From contig CAYTOQ010000001.1 of assembly GCA_964439445.1 (NCBI GenBank), positions 1 to 63,405 on the forward strand: a stretch of DNA of 63,405 nucleotides. The letters run 5' to 3'. The notes under the pieces are model-generated. The model was not told the DNA's origin, made no database searches, and saw only the letters and a list, made by a program, of their open reading frames with translations. This document shows, piece by piece, positions 36,905 through 46,122 of the stretch. This stretch comes from an uncultured Clostridium sp. GTDB taxonomy: Bacteria; Bacillota; Clostridia; Lachnospirales; Lachnospiraceae. The translations under genes were made by a program, and so were the position numbers. How positions within the stretch are numbered: position 1 is the stretch's first letter; each line of letters starts with the position of its first letter.

Positions 36905-37624
36905 ATGAGTAAAGCAATAGAACGATTGAAATGTGGTATTATTATAGAAAATCCTACCTTTGTACAGATGCTTGGTATGTGTCCAACTATGGCAGTAACA
37001 ACATCTGCAATCAACGGTATTGGTATGGGATTGACTACCACAGTAATTTTGATTTTGAGTAATATGATGATTTCAGCACTTCGTAAAGTGATTCCTGATA
37101 AAGTACGTATTCCTGCATATATTGTGATTGTTGCATCCTTTGTAACGATTGTGCAGTTCCTGTTACAAGGATTTGTGCCTTCTTTGTATGACAGTCTTGG
37201 AATATATATCCCGCTAATTGTTGTTAATTGTATTATTTTAGGTCGTGCAGAAAGTTATGCATCTAAGTATAATGTATGGTTATCTATGTTTGATGGAATT
37301 GGAATGGGATTAGGCTTTACAATTGGCTTAACCTCTATTGGTATATTTAGAGAGTTGTTTGGAAATGGAACAGTATTTGGTATTCGCTTGATGCCATCAA
37401 GCTATGAACCTATGACTATTTTAATTCTTGCACCGGGTGCATTCTTTGTGTTAGCATGCTTAGTTGCTGTGCAGAATAAGGTTCGAATTGAGAAGGCAAA
37501 AAAGGAAGGTTTGGCTATTACAACGTGCGAGAAGGAAGGCGATTGTTCTGCGTGTCCAAATACTCTTTGTGGAGGGAAAACATTTACAACAGAGAGTATC
37601 AGACGTGAAAAGGAGGAAGAGTAA
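36905..37624 (+). CDS. rnfE: Rnf complex subunit E with a Cys-containing C-terminal extension
   Basis: NPTFVQMLGMCPT, GIYIPLIVVNCIILGRAE and six TM segments fit RnfE. The extra 46-aa tail contains C-x5-C-x2-C-x4-C. Confidence 0.9.
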   Translation: MSKAIERLKCGIIIENPTFVQMLGMCPTMAVTTSAINGIGMGLTTTVILILSNMMISALRKVIPDKVRIPAYIVIVASFVTIVQFLLQGFVPSLYDSLGIYIPLIVVNCIILGRAESYASKYNVWLSMFDGIGMGLGFTIGLTSIGIFRELFGNGTVFGIRLMPSSYEPMTILILAPGAFFVLACLVAVQNKVRIEKAKKEGLAITTCEKEGDCSACPNTLCGGKTFTTESIRREKEEE

Positions 37625-37881
37625 TGACTCCAAAACGAAAAAGAACGATGTTGCGACATAGAGTTCGTTCCTTACGGAAACATAAGCGTATATTAAAGCA
37701 ATTGGAACGGAGAAGACGTATCAGTATTAGAGGGCTTCGACTGAGTCAACGCTTGAGATTGGATATGCTGAAAAACAAAGCAATTCGAGCAAAAAGAGCA
37801 GCAGAGAGAAAACAAAAGCTGAGTGCAAGGCGGGAAACGGCGAAGTTAAATCGTACCTTGAAAAGGAGGCGAAAAAGATGA
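37624..37881 (+). CDS. Hypothetical 85-aa extremely basic protein embedded between rnfE and rnfA
   Basis: The ATG shares its A with the rnfE TAA stop. AGGAGG lies 7 nt upstream. Its TGA stop overlaps the rnfA ATG (ATGA). About 25 Arg and 13 Lys in 85 aa. I recognise no homology. Confidence 0.45.
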   Translation: MTPKRKRTMLRHRVRSLRKHKRILKQLERRRRISIRGLRLSQRLRLDMLKNKAIRAKRAAERKQKLSARRETAKLNRTLKRRRKR

Positions 37882-38453
37882 ATTTATTACTCATAGCAGT
37901 AGGCGCTGCATTGGTGAATAATGTTGTATTAAGTCAATTCCTAGGCCTGTGTCCATTTATTGGAGTATCCAAAAAGGTGGATACTGCTGCTGGGATGGGT
38001 GCTGCGGTGATTTTTGTTATTACGATTGCATCCGCTGTGACAAGCTTGATTTATACATTTATTTTGGAAAAATTAGGCATTACTTATTTGCAAACGATTG
38101 TATTTATTTTAGTGATTGCTGCTTTGGTGCAATTTGTGGAAATGGTATTGAAAAAGACAATGCCAGCATTGTATTCGGCGTTGGGCGTTTATCTTCCGTT
38201 GATTACAACAAACTGTGCAGTTTTAGGTGTGGCACTCATTAATGTGCAGAAGTCGTATGATTTTGTGACATCGGTTGTAAATGGATTTGGCACTGCTGTT
38301 GGTTTTACAGTTGCAATTGTCATCATGGCAGGTATCAGAGAAAAAATTGAGTATAATGATATTCCGGAATCCTTTAAAGGAACCCCGATTGTGTTAGTGA
38401 CAGCGGGCTTAATGGCGATGGCATTCTTTGGTTTTTCCGGATTAATCAAATAA
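37878..38453 (+). CDS. rnfA: Rnf complex subunit A
   Basis: NNVVLSQFLGLCPF, LGVYLPLITTNCAVLG and six TM segments are present. Confidence 0.9.
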   Translation: MNLLLIAVGAALVNNVVLSQFLGLCPFIGVSKKVDTAAGMGAAVIFVITIASAVTSLIYTFILEKLGITYLQTIVFILVIAALVQFVEMVLKKTMPALYSALGVYLPLITTNCAVLGVALINVQKSYDFVTSVVNGFGTAVGFTVAIVIMAGIREKIEYNDIPESFKGTPIVLVTAGLMAMAFFGFSGLIK

Positions 38454-38466
38454 GGAGGATGATGGT

Positions 38467-39258
38467 ATGGATATGGTATCGATTTTAATCGCTATGGCGG
38501 TTGTTGGTGGTACAGGTATTATAATCGGAATCCTTCTTGGTATTGCAGGTGAGAAATTTGCGGTTGAAGTAGATGAGAAGGAGATTGCGGTAAGAGAGTG
38601 CTTGCCAGGGAATAACTGTGGTGGTTGTGGTTATCCGGGATGTGACGGTTTAGCAACTGCAATTGCAAAGGGTGAAGCACCGGTAAATGCATGTCCGGTA
38701 GGTGGAGATTCTTGTGCGCAGGCAATTGGTAAAGTTATGGGTGTTGATGCGACTGGTTCGGTTCGAATGACTGCCTATGTAAAATGTGCGGGTACCTGTG
38801 AAAAGGCAAAGGATAACTATGAATATGTCGGGCCGGAGGATTGTAAGCTTTCAATGAATAATCCTGGTGGTGGTGCAAAAGCATGTACTTATGGTTGTAC
38901 AGGATATGGAAGTTGTAAGAAGGTTTGTCCGTTCAATGCAATTGATATTGTGGACGGAATTGCAGTGGTAGAGGCAGATAAATGTAAGGCTTGTGGTAAA
39001 TGTGTGGCAGAATGTCCAAAGCATTTGATTGAATTAGTTCCGGCAGACGCTACCTGTCATGTGAAATGTAGTTCGAAGGATAAGGGTGTAGAGGTGAAGA
39101 AGGTTTGTCAGGCTGGTTGTATTGGTTGTGGCTTATGTGCAAGAAATTGCCCTTCCGATGCCATTATAATCGAGAATAATTTGGCGTATATTAATCAAAG
39201 TAAATGTACACATTGTGGTATTTGCAAGGAGAAGTGTCCGGTTAAAATAATTTTATAA
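38467..39258 (+). CDS. rnfB: Rnf complex subunit B (polyferredoxin)
   Basis: It has an N-terminal TM, CGGCGYPGCDGLA, and several CxxCxxCxxxCP 4Fe-4S motifs. Confidence 0.9.
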   Translation: MDMVSILIAMAVVGGTGIIIGILLGIAGEKFAVEVDEKEIAVRECLPGNNCGGCGYPGCDGLATAIAKGEAPVNACPVGGDSCAQAIGKVMGVDATGSVRMTAYVKCAGTCEKAKDNYEYVGPEDCKLSMNNPGGGAKACTYGCTGYGSCKKVCPFNAIDIVDGIAVVEADKCKACGKCVAECPKHLIELVPADATCHVKCSSKDKGVEVKKVCQAGCIGCGLCARNCPSDAIIIENNLAYINQSKCTHCGICKEKCPVKIIL

Positions 39259-39274
39259 ATGCTAATTTTTACAT

Positions 39275-39335
39275 TAAAAAAGCACTGGAGAATACAGTAT
39301 GACATTAGACGTTTTGTATTCTTCAGTGCTTTTTT
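39275..39335. terminator. Long bidirectional terminator hairpin between rnfB and the convergent gene
   Basis: AAAAAAGCACTGGAGAATACA - 19 nt loop - TGTATTCTTCAGTGCTTTTTT, with one G-U pair. Confidence 0.75.
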
Positions 39336-39354
39336 GAATATCGGATTATCAATA

Positions 39355-40218
39355 CTATAATCCGAATACAAATTTAATAAAGTTGATTGTATTCTCGTTA
39401 TCTTCATACTTGGTGCTTGGGATTAACAGATACACATCGTGGTAAGACAAATGACAATTTTTGGCAAACTCGGTATCTGTTATATCCAGAGCGACAGCAT
39501 ATGGTTTTCCGTCGTTTTTTACTCCGTTAGGATCGGACATAGTAATCACATATTCTTCAATTTGTTTATATAGTTCGTCATCCATACTAAGATCTATGGC
39601 AGTAGTATCATCGGTGGAGACAAATAATTTCAATGCATATTTGTCACAGATGATGACATCAAGCATATTGTACATATTATAATAGCCTAGTGTTTGGTAA
39701 TTCGACATAGTTAATCCTACCTCTGTGGTGTCTTCATTGGCAGAGACAGATAGGTCGCCGTAGATTTCGATATAATTCTTATCATTTAAGTCGTAATAAT
39801 CGCGATAGGCGTTTGGTATATACTCTTTGTACTTTGTATCATCTGTGTTGTTGACGATTGCGAGTTCTAACACGGTTGGCCATGTCATACGGTATATGAC
39901 ACGCCCGGTATAAGCAAGACAGACAATAGCGAATAGACCAATGATAAAATGCCATTTGTAGTAATTTATAATATAAGAAATTTTTTCTTTTGTATCCATA
40001 TCGGCCATACGTTGTTGTCGAAGATTTTTCTTATATTGTAGTTTTTCTTTAAAAGTCATAGTGGCCATTTCTAAAGCATTCTCCTGAAATATATCTATCT
40101 CTGGTTCTGAGCTTGGATTGGCGTCTTTGATGTCCTCACCTTGTGTGTTGTTTGATTGATGGCTTATATCGGTGTTTTCTTTTTTGATATTATCTTCTGA
40201 TTCTTCGTATATTTTCAT
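39355..40218 (-). CDS. Hypothetical single-pass membrane protein (acidic cytoplasmic N-terminus, extracytoplasmic domain of unknown family)
   Basis: It is a 287-aa ORF with one TM (FIIGLFAIVCLAYTG), flanked by a terminator and its own upstream region. I recognise no motif. Confidence 0.6.
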   Translation of the reverse strand: MKIYEESEDNIKKENTDISHQSNNTQGEDIKDANPSSEPEIDIFQENALEMATMTFKEKLQYKKNLRQQRMADMDTKEKISYIINYYKWHFIIGLFAIVCLAYTGRVIYRMTWPTVLELAIVNNTDDTKYKEYIPNAYRDYYDLNDKNYIEIYGDLSVSANEDTTEVGLTMSNYQTLGYYNMYNMLDVIICDKYALKLFVSTDDTTAIDLSMDDELYKQIEEYVITMSDPNGVKNDGKPYAVALDITDTEFAKNCHLSYHDVYLLIPSTKYEDNENTINFIKFVFGL

Positions 40219-40429
40219 AATGGTTACCTCGTGATTAATTTATATTGTTGTATTTTAGCATAATTGTAAATATCTGAAAAGTTTTTCACAAAATGTTTAT
40301 AAATTAGTAGCTTTTTTTGAAGCAATAATGTATAATGCAAATGTAAACAGATTATGTAAAGCGCAATTTATAGTCATAGCACTTATATTTTAGGCATATC
40401 TTGTTATAAGAAGGCAATGGGAGTCCTTT

Positions 40430-40687
40430 ATGACATTTCTAGATTTGAAACAAAAGGAAGTCATTAACTGCAAAGACTGTAAAAGAATTGGTTTTGTGGC
40501 GGATGTGGAAATAGACCCTTGTAGTGGACAGATATGTGCTTTGATTGTTCCGGCACCAGTACATTTATTCTCTTGTTTTGGAAAAAATGAGAAATATTAT
40601 ATTCGGTTTTGTGATGTGGTGAGAATTGGTCCGGATATTATTTTGGTGGATGTGTGTTTAGATAATGTAATTATGATGGAAGAATAA
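40430..40687 (+). CDS. YlmC/YmxH-family sporulation protein (PRC-barrel)
   Basis: It is 85 aa. LKQKEVINCKDCKRIGFVADVEID..G.I.ALIVP is a typical N-terminus for the family. Confidence 0.75.
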   Translation: MTFLDLKQKEVINCKDCKRIGFVADVEIDPCSGQICALIVPAPVHLFSCFGKNEKYYIRFCDVVRIGPDIILVDVCLDNVIMMEE

Positions 40688-40729
40688 TGATGAAATATTA
40701 TTTTAATTAACATAAGAGGAGGATTTTAT

Positions 40730-41179
40730 ATGAAGTGTCCGTTTTGTGGTGAGGATAGTACAAAGGTTATTGATTCAAGACCAGCAGATGACAATTGTTC
40801 TATTCGAAGAAGACGAGAATGTGAGGAGTGTGGTAAACGTTTTACTACTTATGAAAAAGTAGAGACGATTCCACTTATCATTATTAAGAAAGATAAGATT
40901 CGTGAAGCTTATGATCGTGCAAAAATCGAATCTGGTGTGATTAAGTCTTGTCACAAACGTCCAATTTCTGTAGATGAAATTGAGAAATGTATTGATCGTA
41001 TTGAAACAAAGATATTTAATCTTGAGCAGAAGGAAGTGGAGAGTCCGATTATCGGTGAGATTGTCATGGATGAACTAAAAGCACTCGATCAGGTTGCGTA
41101 TGTTCGTTTTGCTTCGGTTTATCGTGAATTCAAGGATGTAAATACTTTTATGGATGAGCTTAAGAAATTGTTAAATTAG
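40730..41179 (+). CDS. nrdR: Transcriptional repressor NrdR
   Basis: MKCPFCG...VIDSR, a CxxC...CxxC zinc ribbon, and an ATP-cone ([11 protein letters not shown]) are present. Confidence 0.95.
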   Translation: MKCPFCGEDSTKVIDSRPADDNCSIRRRRECEECGKRFTTYEKVETIPLIIIKKDKIREAYDRAKIESGVIKSCHKRPISVDEIEKCIDRIETKIFNLEQKEVESPIIGEIVMDELKALDQVAYVRFASVYREFKDVNTFMDELKKLLN

Positions 41180-41198
41180 TTTTTTTATAAGGATAGTG

Positions 41199-41228
41199 AA
41201 CCCTGTTTTGCACAACAGGGTTTTTTTA
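41199..41228 (+). terminator. Rho-independent terminator after nrdR
   Basis: AACCCTGTT - 6 nt loop - AACAGGGTT, followed by TTTTT. Confidence 0.8.
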
Positions 41229-41295
41229 CTTGAAAAGAAACGCAACGTGTGTTATTGTAAATGTGTTCATGCTTGAAGGTGGAAAGGAAATTTCC

Positions 41296-42828
41296 ATGTA
41301 TAGTAAAGTTCTAAGTGGCACACTGCATGGAGTAGAGGGAAGACTCATTACAGTGGAAGCTGATGTAAGCGAAGGATTACCTGTCTTTAATATGGTAGGT
41401 TTTCTCGCATCTGAGGTTCGCGAGGCTAGTGACCGTGTTCGGACTGCCTTGAAGAATTCTGGATTTCAAATCCCTACAAAACGTATCACAATTAATTTAT
41501 CTCCGGCGGATATTCGAAAGGAAGGCTCTGTTTTTGATTTACCTATCAGTATTGCATTGTTGGCAGCTTATGGTTATATTCCGCTAGAATCATTAGAGAA
41601 CATTTTAATCATCGGTGAATTGTCGCTAAATGGAGATGTAAGAGGGATACGTGGTATTTTGCCTATTGTTGATTTTGCAAGAAAGATGAATATCAAAGAA
41701 GTGATTTTGCCCTATGGCAACAGAAAGGAAGCGGCTGTTATTCCTGGTATGAAGATTCTGGGCGCGAAGAATATGCTACAGGTGGTGGATCATTTGTTAG
41801 GGAACAAAGAAATTAAGCCTGAGACAGGTTTGATTGAAAAAAGGGAAGAGGAAGAGTATTCTTTGGATTTTTCGGAAATAAAAGGGCAAAGGACTATGAA
41901 AAGAGCAACAGAAATCGCGGTTGCTGGAATGCACAATATTTTATATTTAGGTCCGCCTGGAGCTGGGAAATCTATGGTGGCGAAGCGGATTCCTACAATC
42001 ATGCCAGAGTTATCCTATGACGAAAGTATTGAAATTACTAAAATTTATAGTGTAAATGGTATGCTAGATGCAGACGAAGGGTTAGTAAGGAAACGTCCAT
42101 TTCGTGCACCGCATCATTCGATTACGCCCAATGCTTTGATTGGGGGTGGAAAGCTTCCTAAGCCGGGAGAGATTAGTTTGGCACATCATGGTGTTTTGTT
42201 TTTGGATGAATTTTTGGAGTTTCCGAAAAATATAATCGAAACGATGAGACAGCCGTTGGAGGATGGACATATTACGATATCAAGATTACAGGGGAGTTAT
42301 ACTTTTCCTTGTGATATTATGTTAGTTGCGGCTATGAATCCTTGTCCGTGTGGTTATTATCCGGATCTGTCAAAATGTCGTTGTTCGACTCCTCAGATCG
42401 AACGTTATCTGAATAAATTATCTGAGCCGATGTTAGATAGAATGGATATGAGTATATCCGTATGTAAATTAAGTTATGATGAATTATATGGAGAGGTAGT
42501 AGAAGAGAACTCCGAGACGGTTCGTAAGAGAATTGTTCTAGCTCAGGCTGTTCAAAAAAGACGTTTAAAAAAATATGGTGTTTCTTATAATTCACAGATT
42601 CCGGTTAATGCACTAGATCAAGCTTGTAAGTTGGGTGTTGAAGAAAGAGAATTGCGCAAGAAAGCATTTTTGCAATATAATTTGTCTGCGAGAGGTGCAG
42701 CTAAGATACTTCGCGTGGCGAGAACAATTGCTGATTTAGAGCATTCGGATACTGTGAAATGCAATCATATACTAGAAGCATTGTCCTATCGTATGTCAGA
42801 TGTATATCAGAAAGGTGGTGGCATATGA
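41296..42828 (+). CDS. YifB/ComM family Mg-chelatase-like AAA+ ATPase
   Basis: An N-terminal Lon-protease-like domain (ITINLSPADIRKEGSVFDLPIA-like), Walker A (GPPGAGKSM), Walker B (VLFLDEF) and a C-terminal ARTIADLE are present. Confidence 0.9.
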   Translation: MYSKVLSGTLHGVEGRLITVEADVSEGLPVFNMVGFLASEVREASDRVRTALKNSGFQIPTKRITINLSPADIRKEGSVFDLPISIALLAAYGYIPLESLENILIIGELSLNGDVRGIRGILPIVDFARKMNIKEVILPYGNRKEAAVIPGMKILGAKNMLQVVDHLLGNKEIKPETGLIEKREEEEYSLDFSEIKGQRTMKRATEIAVAGMHNILYLGPPGAGKSMVAKRIPTIMPELSYDESIEITKIYSVNGMLDADEGLVRKRPFRAPHHSITPNALIGGGKLPKPGEISLAHHGVLFLDEFLEFPKNIIETMRQPLEDGHITISRLQGSYTFPCDIMLVAAMNPCPCGYYPDLSKCRCSTPQIERYLNKLSEPMLDRMDMSISVCKLSYDELYGEVVEENSETVRKRIVLAQAVQKRRLKKYGVSYNSQIPVNALDQACKLGVEERELRKKAFLQYNLSARGAAKILRVARTIADLEHSDTVKCNHILEALSYRMSDVYQKGGGI

Positions 42829-43934
42829 TGGAGGAAAATCATTATTGGTTTTGGTTATGTAACATTAATGGTGTTGGAAGAATTACGCAAAGAAAATTAC
42901 TTGAACATTTTCAGTCGCCTAAAAATATATTTGATGCAGAGATTGAGGAAATTTCATTGTATATTAACAGGAAGAGTGTGATACAGAAATTTCTGGATTC
43001 TAAAATAGAAGAAAAAATCATACATAATTATGAAATGTATCAGGATAAAGAAATTCAATTTATTCATATGTATTCGAAGGATTATCCAAACCGTTTGTGT
43101 TGTATTCCCGATGCTCCTATTTCTTTTTATCTAAAGGGTAGTTTGCCGAAAGAAAATAAAAAGACGGTTGCGATTATAGGAGCTAGGGATTGTACGCGAT
43201 ATGGAAGAGAAATGGCACGTTTTTTTGGTAGGGAGCTTAGTAAAGCAGGTGTGCAGATAATCAGTGGGTTAGCAAGAGGGATAGACGGAATGGCTCATGA
43301 AGGGGCACTAGAAGCAAACGGTTATACGATGGGTGTTTTGGGTAGTGGAATTGATGTGGTTTACCCGGAAGAAAATTATCAATTATTTATGCAAATGGAA
43401 AAAAGGGGAGGTATTGTTTCAGAAAGTGGCATGGGAATTAAACCGTGTGCAGGTTTGTTTCCGCAACGAAACCGTCTGATTGCAGGATTTGCAGATGGTA
43501 TTTTGGTGGTGGAAGCGATGGAACGTAGTGGCTCTTTTATTACAGTAGACCAAGGCTTAGAGCAAGGTAAAGAAATATTTGCATTACCAGGTCGTAATAT
43601 TGATGTCAAAAGTAGAGGCTGCAATAATTTAATTAAAATGGGCGCACATATTGTTACGGAAGTAAGTGATATATTAGAAATTATTCATTGTGAAAATACT
43701 TCTGCAGTTAACTTGGCTGAAGTGACAGATACAGAAAGGTTTGTTCATAAAAACTTGCTTGCACCTAATGAAAAAATAGTGTATAGTTGTTTGCGTGTTG
43801 AGCCACAATACGTAGACGAGATAATTCACATGGCTCGAATCTCCCCTCAGGAGGTTTGTATGGCTTTGAATCATCTTGTTATTATTGGTGGTGCAGTGGA
43901 AACAACGAGAAATTATTATGCGTTAAAACTTTGA
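42825..43934 (+). CDS. dprA: DNA-processing protein DprA
   Basis: VAIIGARDCTRYG, SGLARGIDGMAHEGAL and FPQRNRLIAG are present. The ATG overlaps the upstream stop (ATGA). Confidence 0.9.
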   Translation: MMEENHYWFWLCNINGVGRITQRKLLEHFQSPKNIFDAEIEEISLYINRKSVIQKFLDSKIEEKIIHNYEMYQDKEIQFIHMYSKDYPNRLCCIPDAPISFYLKGSLPKENKKTVAIIGARDCTRYGREMARFFGRELSKAGVQIISGLARGIDGMAHEGALEANGYTMGVLGSGIDVVYPEENYQLFMQMEKRGGIVSESGMGIKPCAGLFPQRNRLIAGFADGILVVEAMERSGSFITVDQGLEQGKEIFALPGRNIDVKSRGCNNLIKMGAHIVTEVSDILEIIHCENTSAVNLAEVTDTERFVHKNLLAPNEKIVYSCLRVEPQYVDEIIHMARISPQEVCMALNHLVIIGGAVETTRNYYALKL

Positions 43935-43961
43935 ATATTATAAATGGAAGGAATCCGTGTT

Positions 43962-46037
43962 ATGGCAAAGAACCTTGTAATCGTAGAGTCGCCAGCAAAG
44001 GCGAAAACAATTAAAAAGTTTTTGGGAAGTAATTATGAAGTGATTGCGTCTAATGGTCATGTGAGAGATTTACCGAAGTCTACAATGGGAATTGATGTGG
44101 CTGATAATTTTGAGCCAAAGTATATTACTATTCGTGGAAAGGGAGATTTGCTTGCAACTCTTCGTAAGGCGGTGAAGAAGGCAGATAAAATCTATCTTGC
44201 AACTGACCCGGATCGTGAGGGTGAGGCTATTTCTTGGCATTTGGCTCATGCATTGAAGTTGGACGAAAAGAAATTTAAGCGAATCACATTTAATGAAATT
44301 ACAAAAAATGCTGTAAAAGGTTCTTTGAAGGAAGCGCGTGATATTGACCTGAACTTGGTGGATGCGCAACAAGCAAGAAGAGTGTTGGACCGCTTGGTTG
44401 GATATCAGATAAGTCCTGTGTTGTGGGCAAAAGTAAAAAGAGGATTAAGTGCTGGTCGTGTTCAGTCTGTTGCGTTGCGTTTGATTTGTGATAGGGAAGA
44501 GGAGATAAATAATTTTATACCAGAAGAATATTGGACATTAGAAGCAGTTGTTAAAACAGAGAATAGCAAGAAACCATTTATGGCAAAACTGCAGAAAACT
44601 CCTCAAGGAAAGGCTGAAATTCATTCCAAAGAAGAGATGGCTACTGTTTTGAAGGAATTAAAAGGACAAAATCTGTCTGTAAACGATATTAAGACATCTA
44701 CTAGAACTAAGAAGTCACCACTTCCTTTTACTACTTCTACATTACAGCAGGAGGCGGCAAAGAAATTGAATTTTCCTACGGGAAAAACAATGCGTATTGC
44801 GCAACAGTTATATGAAGGTGTAGATATCAAAGGCCATGGATTTTTGGGTCTGATTTCTTATCTGAGAACAGATTCTGTCCGTGTGTCTGAAGAGGCAAAA
44901 AATGCAGCACAGGCTTATATTAAGGAAAAGTATGGTGAGAATTATGTGGCAAGTGATGGAAAGAAGAGTGATTCTGGTAAGAAAATTCAGGATGCGCATG
45001 AAGCGATTCGACCTACGGATGTTACCATTACACCTGTGCAGGTGAAGGAACAACTTACAAGAGATCAATTTCGTTTATATCAATTGATATATAACCGTTT
45101 TCTTGCAAGTCAGATGGAAGTCGCAAGATATGAGAGTAACACAATTAAGTTAACTGCGAATGGATATGAGTTTGCTGCTACGTCTACTAAACTTTTGTTT
45201 GAAGGTTTTATGGCAGTGTATGCTATGGAGGACGAAAATGATGAGCTTCGCAATTTGTTTCAAAACATCAACAAAGATACAGAGGTTCAGGTGGAGGAGT
45301 TTGTTGATAAACAGCATTTTACACAACCACCGGCTCATTTTACAGAAGGTTCTTTAGTGAAGAAGCTTGAAGAGCTAGGGATTGGTAGACCAAGTACCTA
45401 TGCACCGACGATTTCAACTATTCTGGCTAGAAGATATGTAGTAAAAGAAAATCGTAATATTTATGTTACAGAGTTAGGTGAAGCGGTTAATCAGATTATG
45501 TTAAAGGGCTTTCCTGTTATTGTGGATACAGAATTTACAGCTAATTTGGAAATGTTATTAGATAATATTGAGGAAGGAACAGTTCATTGGAAAACGGTTA
45601 TTTCGAATTTTTATCCTGATTTAGATGAGGCGGTGAAGGCTGCCAATGAAGAATTGGAGCATATAAAAATAGAAGATGAGGTGACTGAGGAGATTTGCGA
45701 TGAGTGTGGTCGGAATCTTGTAGTAAAGTATGGTCCACATGGAAAGTTTTTGGCGTGTCCTGGTTTTCCAGAGTGTCGTTTTACGAAACCGCATTATGAA
45801 AAAATTGGAATAGCATGTCCGAATTGTGGAAAAGATGTGGTTTTGAAAAAGACCAAAAAGGGTAGAAAATATTTTGGATGTATTAATAATCCGGAGTGTG
45901 ATTTTATGACCTGGCAAAAGCCATCTGCAATAAAGTGTGAAAAATGTGGAACTGTTATGGTTGAAAAGGGTAATAAATTAGTATGTAATAATGCAAAATG
46001 TGGTTGTGTGTGTGCAAAACCAAAAGAGGAAAAATAA
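43962..46037 (+). CDS. topA: DNA topoisomerase I
   Basis: It has a TOPRIM domain (LVIVESPAKAKTI, ATDPDREGEAI), the active-site region (ISYLRTDS), and C-terminal Cys4 zinc ribbons. Confidence 0.95.
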   Translation: MAKNLVIVESPAKAKTIKKFLGSNYEVIASNGHVRDLPKSTMGIDVADNFEPKYITIRGKGDLLATLRKAVKKADKIYLATDPDREGEAISWHLAHALKLDEKKFKRITFNEITKNAVKGSLKEARDIDLNLVDAQQARRVLDRLVGYQISPVLWAKVKRGLSAGRVQSVALRLICDREEEINNFIPEEYWTLEAVVKTENSKKPFMAKLQKTPQGKAEIHSKEEMATVLKELKGQNLSVNDIKTSTRTKKSPLPFTTSTLQQEAAKKLNFPTGKTMRIAQQLYEGVDIKGHGFLGLISYLRTDSVRVSEEAKNAAQAYIKEKYGENYVASDGKKSDSGKKIQDAHEAIRPTDVTITPVQVKEQLTRDQFRLYQLIYNRFLASQMEVARYESNTIKLTANGYEFAATSTKLLFEGFMAVYAMEDENDELRNLFQNINKDTEVQVEEFVDKQHFTQPPAHFTEGSLVKKLEELGIGRPSTYAPTISTILARRYVVKENRNIYVTELGEAVNQIMLKGFPVIVDTEFTANLEMLLDNIEEGTVHWKTVISNFYPDLDEAVKAANEELEHIKIEDEVTEEICDECGRNLVVKYGPHGKFLACPGFPECRFTKPHYEKIGIACPNCGKDVVLKKTKKGRKYFGCINNPECDFMTWQKPSAIKCEKCGTVMVEKGNKLVCNNAKCGCVCAKPKEEK

Positions 46038-46122
46038 TTGTCAAAATACTCCCTCTGTCGTCATAAAACTGTTGTTATTGTTTGTGAATTGTGTTAAAAT
46101 TAGATAGGATTGGAGGGAGTTT

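Noticed and set aside
37464-37661. 65-aa + strand ORF overlapping the rnfE 3' end
   Set aside because: It is out of frame with rnfE across conserved RnfE sequence, and has no SD sequence. The downstream basic ORF at 37624 is the only one with coupling signals.
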